Assembly: GCA_002269645.1 (NCBI GenBank) | Contig: NIVC01003689.1 | Span: forward strand, 18,614 to 82,613 | Origin: Macrostomum lignano | Lineage: Eukaryota | Length of the DNA: 64,000 bases | Direction of reading: 5' to 3' | In this document: positions 52,905-64,000 of the stretch, piece by piece | How positions within the stretch are numbered: the first letter of the stretch is position 1 | Layout: each line of letters opens with the position of its first letter | Translations under genes and position numbers: made by a program | The notes under the pieces: generated by a model | What the model saw: only the letters and a program-made list of their open reading frames with translations | Told to the model about the DNA's origin: nothing | The model's database searches: none

Positions 52905-53958
52905 ATACAGGTGAGACACACATGAGATACAGGTGACACACACATGAGATACAGGTGACACACACAGGAGATACAGGTGACACACACACAGGAGATACAG
53001 GTGACACACACACAGGAGATACAGGTGACACACACACAGGAGATACAGGTGACACACACACAGGAGATACAGGTGACACACACACAGGAGATACAGGTGA
53101 CACACACACAGGAGATACAGGTGACACACACACAGGAGATACAGGTGACACACACAGGAGATACAGGTGACACACACAGGAGATACAGGTGACACACACA
53201 GGAGATACAGGTGACACACACACAGGAGATACAGGTGACACACACACAGGAGATACAGGTGACACACACACAGCAGATACAGGTGACACACACAGGAGAT
53301 ACAGGTGACACACACAGCAGATACAGGTGACACACACACAGCAGATACAGGTGACGCACACACAGGAGATACAGGTGACACACACACAGGAGATATAGGT
53401 GACACACACAGGACACACACACAGGTGACACACACAGGACACACACACAGGTGACACACACAAGAGATACAGGTGACACACACACAGCAGATACAGGTGA
53501 CGCACACACAGGAGATACAGGTGACACACACACAGGAGATATAGGTGACACACACAGGACACACACACAGGTGACACACACAAGAGATACAGGTGACACA
53601 CACACAGGAGATACAGGTGACACACACAGGAGATACAGGTGACACACACAGGAGATATGTGACACACACAGGACACACACACAGGTGACACACACAAGAG
53701 ATACAGGTGACACACACAGCAGATACAGGTAACGCACACACAGGAGATACAGGTGACACACACACAGGAGATATAGGTGACACACACAGGACACACACAC
53801 AGGTGACACACACAAGAGATACAGGTGACACACACACAGGAGATACAGGTGACACACACAGGAGATACAGGTGACACACACAGGAGATATAGGTGACACA
53901 CACAGGACACACACACAGGTGACACACACAAGAGATACAGGTGACACAGGTGACACAC
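52905..53958. repeat. 22/24-bp minisatellite (ACACACACAGGAGATACAGGTG)
   Basis: Direct periodicity. Confidence 0.95.
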
Positions 53959-54594
53959 AGGAGGGACTTAACAGGGATTATATTGTATTTGAACAAAATC
54001 TATAACAAAAATTGACAAAACTGATCAGAAAAAGATACGAAGGGGAACGAGAATTCAGTTATCGCGACCTGAGCAATGAAATGCTAAATCTGTAGTCAGA
54101 AAATACTGGTACTAACCCAAAGGGAGCAGTGTGCTTTTTCAATTCTAGAATTGATTTCAACCAAAAATAACACGCATTTGAGCCTAGATTTTGGATAGAA
54201 CTATCCATTTAGTAGCTTAACTATGAAATACTAGATAAATATTATTATTTATAGAATATAGGCAGAAACGAGTGCCAGGAAACGACTAGATCAGCAGTTT
54301 CGCTATAAGGAGACAGTCACATTGCCGCACATGCATGGAAGGATTCGTGGCTCTACTTATAAGATATCTCTGCGCTCGGGAGATCCGCTTTGAAATTATT
54401 ACTTCCATTGCCTGCATCTAACTGCACAAGCCAGCATCTATATACGAAAATACAAAGGCATAGTTATATTTTTCTGCTAGGGAGGGGGTACATAGCAATG
54501 TGAAGCTTTGATTGCAATGCAGGGTTGCTATATAGCAATGCGTAACAAATTAGGGATAAACAAGCTCTTGAGAAAATACTGAGGCAGATAAGCA

Positions 54595-54595
54595 G

Positions 54596-54627
<32 letters not shown>

Positions 54628-54842
54628 GGAAGGCAGGCATACAGACAGACAGACAGACACAGACAGACACAGACAGACAGACAGACAGGCAGACAGGAAG
54701 GCACACAGACAGACAGACAGACAGACAGACAGAAAGACAGGAAGGCAGACAGACAGACAGACAGAAAGACAGGAAGGCAGACAGACAGACAGACAGACAG
54801 ACAGGAAGGCAGACAGACAGACAGACAGACAGACAGACACTA

Positions 54843-54907
<65 letters not shown>

Positions 54908-55042
54908 GGAAGGCAGGCAGACAGACAGACAGACAGACACAGACAGACACAGACAGACACTAAGACAGACAGACAGACAGACAGACAGGAAGGCAGGCAG
55001 ACAGACAGACAGACAGACACAGACAGACACAGACAGACACTA

Positions 55043-55083
<41 letters not shown>

Positions 55084-55086
55084 CTA

Positions 55087-55175
<89 letters not shown>

Positions 55176-55224
55176 GGAAGGCAGACAGACAGACAGACAG
55201 ACACACACAGACAGACAGGAAGGC

Positions 55225-55265
<41 letters not shown>

Positions 55266-55294
55266 CACAGACAGACAGACAGACACACACACAC

Positions 55295-55365
<71 letters not shown>

Positions 55366-55385
55366 CACACAGACAGACAGAAAGG
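54595..55385. repeat. (CAGA)n microsatellite with GGAAGG/CACA/CTAA interruptions
   Basis: Direct; starts ~40 nt past the stop codon at 55428. Confidence 0.97.
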
Positions 55386-55427
55386 CAGACAGACTATAAC
55401 ACAGAGCAAGCCAGTGAGCAAGCCTAC

Positions 55428-58400
55428 CTAGGTGTACCTGACCGCATTTCCACTGGAGAGCCTGCTGCCAATAACCAAGTCATTGCCGGCATCGAAGTCA
55501 ACGCTCCAGCACTCTCCATTAGTAATGGCGGTAGCAGCGTCGGAGCCTGTGGCCGAGATAGCTACAGTGGCGGCGGCAGGGCTAGCAGTAGAGACGACGG
55601 ACAGCTGAGTTTGTCGCCAAGCACCCGTAAGAGTCAAGGTCTGGTGGGACAGCGGCACAATGGGCCTCGGGGGCGGCCTAGCGGCCAATTGCCGGTCACT
55701 GTTGCATTGGACACCGCTAGCGGCATTGCCAACAGCGGCCTCGCTAACTACCCCATTTAACTCTGTGTCCAAATATTCCAAGCACTCTAATCTAGTATCG
55801 TCTATTCGCCTGATATTGTTGAGGCGATTAGTTGCCATGGCAACCATAGCTTCGGCGGCCTCGGCTTCGGCTCGGCGACGCTTATCAACGCATGAAGGCA
55901 AACTTTGAGAAGCTTCAATGTCGGAATGACTACGTTTTCTGCTGCTACTAGAAGCAACGGTGCTAGACTGTTGCTGCGGTTCCTGATGACACTGGAAATC
56001 CACAGCGCTGTTATAAGCTGCCTGCAAAGCTCTAGCCAGCTGTTGATAGGCATTAGCCAACGGCTCCGGGACAGTGAATTTCCTATCCGACATTGTCGTG
56101 TCAAAGACATCGAAATTGTCAATAATTGGACTTGCGGAGCAATCGCAGGAATTCAAATAACTTTCAGCTATCACTGGCGGATCTAAAGTCTTTGTTTCTT
56201 GATCGGAGGAGTCTTTGTTAAGATCGTCAATAGTTAACACGTCAACAACTTCCAGACAGTCAATGTCTAGACTATCAGCATCGCTATTAATGTCGTCAGA
56301 ATGCTTGTCTGACTGTTCAGCAATCTGTTGAAGCTGCTGATGCTGTTGCTGATGCGGATGCAGCTCAGACAATGATGAGGTCGCAGGAGTAGCCGGTCCA
56401 AAATGCTGACTACTAATAGTAGGATTAGACATCGGATTATCCGAGCTAGACAATAAACTTAATGGAGCTTCTCCCAGGTCGTCGCCATTCGGCAGGTCGG
56501 CCGCACCGCTGGAAAAGTCTGAGCCCTGACCGAATTTAAACAGCGAATCAGCCGCAGCGGCAGCCGCCTCGGTGCCAACCTCCGAGCTGGCATCCGCCGT
56601 TAACAAATAATCTTCTATCGACAATTCTTCCCTAACACCGCCATCGCCTTCGTCTTCGCTAATAGGCTCAAATACAGGAGTCTGCAATGCAGAGCTTCTT
56701 TCCTCATCAATTTTATTGACCTCCCTCTCTACCCTAGCTTCTTGCCGATGGTGATTGTTAACCGTGGACGCCTGCTGCGAATGACTGGCATGACAGAAGC
56801 CGTAGAACAGGCTTGGGTACAGGCTGTCATAATGAGTTACAGCATCAGCATCCGCCTGACCTGGCGATGACAACAGCTGGCCCAGATCCACACTGAGCGC
56901 ATCGCCAAGAAGGTCTGGTGAGTATAAAGTTGGCGGCTGTGACAGTAACTGTTGCTGCTGCTGTTGTTGTGTCTGCTGCTGGTGCTCCTGAGATGAAAAT
57001 TCCATACCGTCAAAGTAGCGAGCCAACGCTAATCTAACGTAATCGCGCATTACGCCTACCCGATGCGGGGAGCTGCGCACCGGACAGCTGCGGGCCCAGC
57101 GGCGACTGCGGCGCCAAAGAGCTCCAACTGCTTCTGTGGGATAAGGGGAAGGGGATGGGTTAAGGGGTCAGATAGGGGGTCAGATGGAGTCATATAAGAG
57201 GGGGTCAGATGGAGTCATATAAGAGGGGGTCAGATAAGGGTCAGAGGGGGTCAGATAGGGGTCAAGTAGGGGGTCAGATAGGGGTCATGTAGGGGGGGTC
57301 AGATAGGGGTCATGTAGGGGGGTCAGATAGGGGGTCATGTATTAGGGTGAGGTGGATTAATGTGAGATGGATTAGGGGGGAGAGATTAGAGCATGGATGG
57401 ATTAGGGTGGGGTGGATCAAGGTGGGATGGATTAGGGTAAAGAGGATTCGAATAAGGTTGTGAATGTATATTTCTAATTTGAAGCCGCAACAATAAAATA
57501 GCTAAAAAATGACTTGAAATTCTTAGTTTGGCTAAAACCCAAAATACCTACTAATCTATTCTCTAGTTGATTTATTTCGAATCTATTCTAGAGCTTCAGT
57601 ATTATTTAAATTAAAACAAAAACAACACGCCACGACACGTATACCTGGTTTCTAGGGCACAGGGGAACAGTAACCTAAATACGAGTACAACAGATAAAGA
57701 GACACGCAAGACAGACAAATATAAAGAATGAATAAAGCAATTAAAGTATATGTGCGGTATATAGACAAAAATAAGCTAGAGTGAGTCACTGGCCTACACA
57801 CTGGACAGGAGTGACCCACAGGGTGAAAGCACTGGACAGGAGTGACCCACAGGGTATAAACACTGGACAGGAGTGACCCACAGGGTAAAAACAATGAACA
57901 GGAGTGACCCACAGGGTGAAAGCACTCACTGATCAGGAGTGACCCACAGGGTGAAAGCACTGGACAGGAGTGACCCACAGGGTATAAACACTGGACAGGA
58001 GTGACCCACAGGGTAAAAACAATGAACAGGAGTGACTCACAGGGTAAAAGCACTGGACAGGAGTGACCCAGAGTTAAAGCACTGATCAGGAGTGACTCAC
58101 ATGGTAAAAGCACTGATCAGGAGTGACTCACAGGGTAAAAACACTGGACAGAAGTGACCCACAGGGTAAAATCACTGCTCAGGAGTGACCCACAGGGTAA
58201 GAGCACAGGATAGCTCGTACCTTTTATAACTTCTGTATGTTTATTCAGAAAAAAAACCGACCAAAGGATAAAACTAAAATTGCGGTGCTCTTAATAAAAT
58301 ACATGCACATGTAGAATACAGATTGCAAGGTGCAAAGCTTTGCTAACTACTTGTGCACATAATAACGTTATGTAATACATCTGCATGCTAGTATGCTGTC

Positions 58401-60340
58401 ATATCATTGCAACAAATGTTATGCAATAAATTACAACACTTATCATGTAGGTACAACGTAATATAATAATTATAATAACTGCTTACTGCCAAAAGGTTTA
58501 GAATCCAAATATGAGTCTGCAGTGCTGGAATATAATATTCAACTTATATTACATTACTTTTACTATATGGAGAATATTTATATAGGTATACACAGGGGTA
58601 ACAAGTGTACTAGTAATTAAACAATGCATTTTATCATACACTTTTTGTGTTTATCAAGATCTGCCATCTACTTTCTCCGGTTCTATGATCCCTAATTATT
58701 TCTCACTAGCTATTCAGCTAGCTAACAGGTGCGCGTGTAACTAAGCCAAATAGTGCAATATCAAGGTAAAAAGACGATACCTACTGACTGAATGGCATTA
58801 GTTAAGGGGCAGGGGCGTGATACAGACCACCTGACTGACTGGAGATTATACTCAGCTAAGAGACTAGATTTTAAACAGCTATGAGACTAAACTATTGTTT
58901 GCTATGAGACTAGATAATCAGCGATGAGACTAGATTATAATCAGCTATGATACTAGACTATAATCAGCTATGAGACTAGATTATAATCAGCCGAGACTAG
59001 ATTATAATCAGCTATGAGATTAAATTTATAGTCTCATAGCTGAGATTATAGTCAGCTATGAGACTAGATTATAATTAGCTATGAGACTAGATTATAATCA
59101 GCTATGAGATTAAATTTATAGTCAGCTATGAGACTAGATTATAATTAGCTATGAGACTAGATCACCGTCTTTTATTACGGTTAGGACAGCAAAAACAGTT
59201 TTAGTAATACTACTGAAATTACTGTAAAATCTTACTCACCTTTACACCTAGCCTCGGCGTTCCAATATCCCAACACCAGATCCGTCAGGCTCTCCAAATG
59301 GCTGAATGTTTTGTGATCAAACGTAGCAATGGTCACTTTATTACCGTTAAGGCCGGAGAATATTTGCTGCTTAGCCATTGGATACCGCAACCGGCTGAGA
59401 CTGCCAACGCGATACAGACCAGAACTGGGAGAGGCTGTGGCTTGGGTTTTTGGGGAGAGGAGGATAAAGGATTAATGTTCATTACAATGTTCATACGAAA
59501 TTCAAGGTGACGAAAAGACAGGAAGTACAATATATGAAAGCTGGTTATAAAACGGCGAATGAGTAGTTTTAATAAATACAAATAGATGATGAACAGGTGT
59601 GGACTAAATATAGCAGGGATTAGACTAGATTAGGCAAGTATGAGCCTAGGTTACAACGGATACAAGACTGGATAATAAAGGATATGTCACTTGAATATTA
59701 GGGGTATGAGACTAGATTATAATAGATACGAGACTAGATTATAATAGATATGAGACTAGATTACAATGGATATGAGAATAGATTATAATGGATATGAGAA
59801 TAGATTACAATGGATATGAGAATAGATTATAATGGATATGAGAATAGATTACAATGGGTATGAGACTAGATTACAATGGATATGACACTAGATTACAATG
59901 AATATGAGACTAGGTTACAATGAATATGAGACTAGGTTACAATGGATATGACAATAGATTACAATGAATATGAGACTAGATTACAATGAATATGAGACTA
60001 GATTACAATGAATATGAGACTAGATTACAATGAATATGAGACTAGATTACAATGAATATGAGACTAGATTACAATGAATATCAGACTAGATTACAATGAA
60101 TATGAGAATAGATGATAAGAAAATCAAAGCTCACGTTTAAATTTCGTCAGACACAGTCTCCATTCTCTAGTCAAATTTGTTCTCAATTCAAGCGCCACAG
60201 AGCACAGGTCTTTCACTTGACAGCGCGCAGGGTCCTGTTGTTAATGGCGACGGCAGTGGACTCGGACACGAGGCGATGAAAATAACGCGCCTTCTTGGAG
60301 ATACGAGGCGACTGCCGGCAAGGCTGGTCGATCAGCTGAT
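55428..60340 (-). CDS. 3' part of an unidentified multi-exon gene: exons ~60340-60270, 60234-60135, 59434-59240 and 57133-55428 (long Gln/acidic low-complexity tail)
   Basis: Exon 59434-59240 (SGLYRVGSLSRLRYP..WNAEARCK) has a strong donor G|GTGAGT, phase-matched to acceptor CCCACAG|AA, which opens a >560-codon frame. The 60.1-60.3 kb splicing is ambiguous. Confidence 0.7.
57165..57440. repeat. G-rich short repeats (GGGGTCAGATA; GGATTAGGG)
   Basis: Direct; intronic next to the 57133 acceptor. Confidence 0.85.
57795..58205. repeat. ~31-bp minisatellite (CAGGAGTGACCCACAGGGTAAAAGCACTGGA)
   Basis: Direct periodicity. Confidence 0.9.
58870..59162. repeat. 23-bp array (GAGACTAGATTATAATCAGCTAT)
   Basis: Direct periodicity. 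Confidence 0.85.
59705..60112. repeat. 22-bp array (GAGACTAGATTACAATGAATAT)
   Basis: Direct periodicity; shares the TGAGACTAGATTA core with the 58.9-kb array. Confidence 0.92.
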
Positions 60341-60574
60341 CTGGAGATGTTCATGATTTTGAAGCATAGATTAATAATCTCAAATGAAATTATTGCAATA
60401 CATTGTCGCCCTTGGGATTCAGGCGCCAAATCTGCCACTTCTGAGAGCCAGGTATACAGTACGAAATTCCTCTTTTGGGAACTTTGGCATAAAAATCTCA
60501 CTTATTTAATAATCAGGCATAAAAATCTAACCACTTACAGAATCTAACCATTTGATGATTGCGGCATGAAAATC

Positions 60575-61330
60575 TCAAATCTGTGAGTTTCAGGTATCAA
60601 AATATCACCACTGCGAGATTCAGGTATCATAGTCTCACCTCTGCGAGATTCAGGTATCAAAGTCTCACCTCTTCGAGATTCAGGTATCAAAGTCTCACCT
60701 CTGCGAGACTCAGGTATCAAAGTCTCACCTCTGCGAGATTCAGTATCAAAGTCTCACCTCTGCGAGACTCAGGTATCATAGTCTCACCTCTGCGAGATTC
60801 AGGTATCAAAATCTCACTTCTGCGAGACTCATGTATCAAAGTCTCACCTCTGCGAGACTCAGGTATCATAGTCTCACCTCTGCGAGATTCAGGTATCAAA
60901 GTCTCACCTCTGCCAGACTCAGGTATCATAGTCTCACCTCTGCGAGATTCAGGTATCAAAATCTCACTTCTGCGAGATTCAGGTATCGAAATCTCACCAC
61001 TGCGAGACTCAGGTATCAAAGTCTCACCTCTGCGAGATTCAGGTATCGAAATCTCACCACTGCGAGACTCAGGTATCAAAGTCTCACCTCTGCGAGATTC
61101 AGGTATCAAAATCTCACCTCTTCGAGATTCAGGTATCAAAGTCTCACTTCTGTGAGACTCAGGTAACAAAGTCTCACTTCTGCGAGATTCAGGTATCAAA
61201 GTCTCACCTCTGCGAGATTCAGGTATCAAAGTCTCACCTCTGCGAGATTCAGGTATCGAAATCTCAGCACTGCGAGATTCAGGTATCGAAATCTCACTTC
61301 TGCGACATTTAGGCATCAAAATCTTACCCT
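60575..61330. repeat. 30-bp minisatellite (GTCTCACCTCTGCGAGATTCAGGTATCAAA)
   Basis: Direct periodicity. Confidence 0.95.
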
Positions 61331-61914
61331 TCAAAGATTTGGGGATCAAAATCTCACCCCTTAGAGATTTGGGTAGTAAATTCTTACCCCTTATATATTC
61401 TGGTATCAAAATCTTAACCCATTATTGAGACTCAGTGTTTAAATTTTACCAATTTGAAATTCCATCATTAAAATATTCACCCCGTTCACACTAATCATCA
61501 AAATCTCCCACCACCCATTTTAAGAATCGATTTTCAAAATCTCATTTTTCGAGATTTAAGCACATTTTGAGATATAATCATGGATCGAATGGCTTTAAAT
61601 GAAGGGTGTGGCAGTTCTATCACAGTACCCCATAAAGGGGGAAGCCAAAGTAAGTCAAGAGATTTATCCTCTACTCCTTTGGCATCAACATAGATGATGA
61701 AGCATAACCATGATTCAGTGTCTTTATAATCGGGTCAATCTGTCTGAAACTTGAGGTATTCTTGCACCGTAAAAGTGCACACAGAAAAACGCCATAAATT
61801 TGCTTCGCAACTGTAAAATTTATTTACAGTTGCTATTTATGATAAGGCTTGACCATACGGTTTCACACACACACTGACCAGAAAAAATAAAACAACCAAC
61901 GATTCAGCCACCTT

Positions 61915-62478
61915 TAATGACAGTGAATATCCTGACAGTGAATATCTCAAGTGAATATACTAACAGTGAATTAGCCTGACAGTGAGTATCCTGACAGTGA
62001 ATTAGCCTGAGAGTGAATATCCTGACAGTGAATTAGCCTGAGTGAATATCCTGATTGAATATCCTGACAGTGAATATCTTGAGTGAATATCCTGACAGTG
62101 AATATCTTGAGTGAATATCCTGACAGTGAATATCCTGACAGTGAATATCCTGAGTGAATATCCTGATTGAATATCCTGACAGTGAATATCCTGACAGTGA
62201 ATATCTTGAGTGAATATCCTGACAGTGAATATCTTGAGTGAATATCCTGACAGTGAATATCCTGACAGTGAATATCCTGACAGTGAATATCCTGACAGTG
62301 AATATCCTGACAGTGAATATCCTGACAGTGAATATCCTGACAGTGAATATCTTGAGAGTGAATATCCCGACAGTGAATATCCTGACAGTGAATATCCTGA
62401 CAGTGAATATCCTGACAGTGAATATCCGACAGTGAATATCCTGACAGTGAATATCCTGACAGTGAATATCCTGACAGC
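61915..62478. repeat. 15-bp minisatellite (CCTGACAGTGAATAT)
   Basis: Direct periodicity. Confidence 0.95.
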
Positions 62479-64000
62479 CAAGACACCGTCAACAAGCCAA
62501 TTTATTTTATATCTGTAATACAGACTCACAAAGGAAAGGTATAAAGGTCTTACAAGAGGACATAGGCCAATCAGTGACTCGATATTTCTGGAGACCATAC
62601 TCCTTTGCTAGTTCAAGGCTTACAACCATTTTGTTCTTCCTGCTTATCTGAAAATTAACAATAAAAATGATCAAACAATGCTACTCTTTTGAACAAGTAA
62701 TAGTAGTATTGTGCAAATATATGATTTGCAATTTTTGAAATGCAATTTCTACTTACATATTTTCTCAAAATCATTGCCATTTTCAGTAGTACTACCAGAG
62801 TTGGGCAATTCGGTTATATTGTCCATTATATTATTTACCGACTCTGAAAAAAAGCAGAAAAGTTGAGAGATAACATTGAAAAATAATATAAAATCAAATT
62901 GTACATTGACAATGATTTATAAACCATAATTCGATTGGCTTTGGCCTCATATAATACAAGTGTATTTACTGCATAGAAGCAATTTGAATTGGCAGTTAAA
63001 GTTTGCTCAAAAAATCTAGTAAAAATATCTACAACTAACAAAATTGCACAAAATTATGAATATTAACTAGCTAATAAACATTAGTTTTCCATGAAAATAT
63101 GATATAGTTGTATTTAGAAAGCCTTTTTGTGACATAGCTTTGCACTACAATCATTTTTTCTTTAGTTTCAATTAATACATGGCCTCTTGTGCAAGTTTTT
63201 ACTCTTTTTTCTTCTTATTTTTTCATTTTTAGTGTTTTTTTAATACTTTTTCTAATGTACCTTCCTTATGATTTTTGGTATTTGGTTAATTAGTTTGCAA
63301 CATACTACATACCTACATTTTCTTTCACATCTGTTTTAATGAACAAAATTTCATAGCAATACCATGTGCTTGCTTGCCAAAAGTTGAGCTTTTTAAATAC
63401 CTAAGAAATTTCTAACACTGTTTATAGAGTTTGCATAGGGTCTAATGGCTTTTGTCTATGGCCCAAATATCTATATACATATCACATTATATTGCATATA
63501 GAATGCATAGAATATAATATGTATCTCTTTGCCTTAACCTTAAACTGTAAAAATATAGGTGTCTAAAACAACCTTAGTAATAATAGAATATTTCAAAATA
63601 TATAATAACATATGAATGAGTTATATATTTTTCTATTTTAATTCTCAATTAAAGATCTTTTAGATTTTTTAGGTATATATAAAGTTTTTTTGATTAGATT
63701 AAAAAAATTACAACATAATCTAAAACAATTTGTTAAACAAAGATCTAAGATCCTAAATGATCTAAAAAAAGTTTTGATCTAATGCCAAACCAAATGCCCA
63801 ATTGGAACAAATTTAAAAAAATATACCAATGGTATGTCAATATGCAAAGGCATAGCCAAATTTCAATCCTAGATATATATAAGTTATACAAGGTCAAAAC
63901 AAAAGTGAAATGTTAACCAAATACTCTTTTGTTTTTTGTTATTCTAGTTGAGCAATAAGAATCAGTTTTTGAAATACAATTTTAATGGTTTTTTAATTTC

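Noticed and set aside
60575-61330. Cluster of TCF/LEF cores (ATCAAAG) near a Wnt-feedback gene
   Set aside because: A 7-mer repeated only because it is part of the monomer; similar cores occur in the unrelated 7.5-kb array; ~10 kb away inside another gene
62530-63030. Confident gene model for the AT-rich minus-strand exon-like pieces
   Set aside because: Several donor/acceptor pairs exist, but the phases give stops or conflict; composition differs from the GC-rich exons; cannot be resolved by eye

Overview
Eukaryotic (metazoan) genomic DNA. GC-rich spliced exons sit among AT-rich spacers and about 30 unrelated mini/microsatellite arrays, which by my hand estimate cover roughly a third or more of the window. 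This architecture, with TTAGGG-type telomeric motifs, suggests a free-living flatworm such as Macrostomum (inference, not proven). Genes I could assemble by hand with phase-consistent GT-AG junctions: a 4-exon Ral GTPase (-), a 2-exon NT5DC1-like HAD nucleotidase (-), a 4-exon ZNRF3/RNF43-like PA-TM-RING E3 ligase (+), a 2-exon 106-aa prohormone-like precursor whose predicted mature peptide is GIELPGNIHCCVNGIAGCC (+; only half visible in the ORF track), and an unidentified multi-exon gene (-) at 55.4-60.3 kb. Also present are an intronless 1174-aa coiled-coil/repeat protein (+) and the last exon of an upstream gene. Mobile DNA includes a decayed stand-alone retroviral-type (Ginger/GIN-like) integrase interrupted by an ISL2EU/Harbinger-type transposase remnant between inverted, circularly permuted ~152-bp flanks. 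There are also three copies of a Helitron-like repeat, tRNA-derived fragments and a ~3.6-kb TIR-bounded block inserted in a minisatellite. Most long ORFs in the supplied track are translations of tandem repeats. All splice models are manual and lack transcript support.
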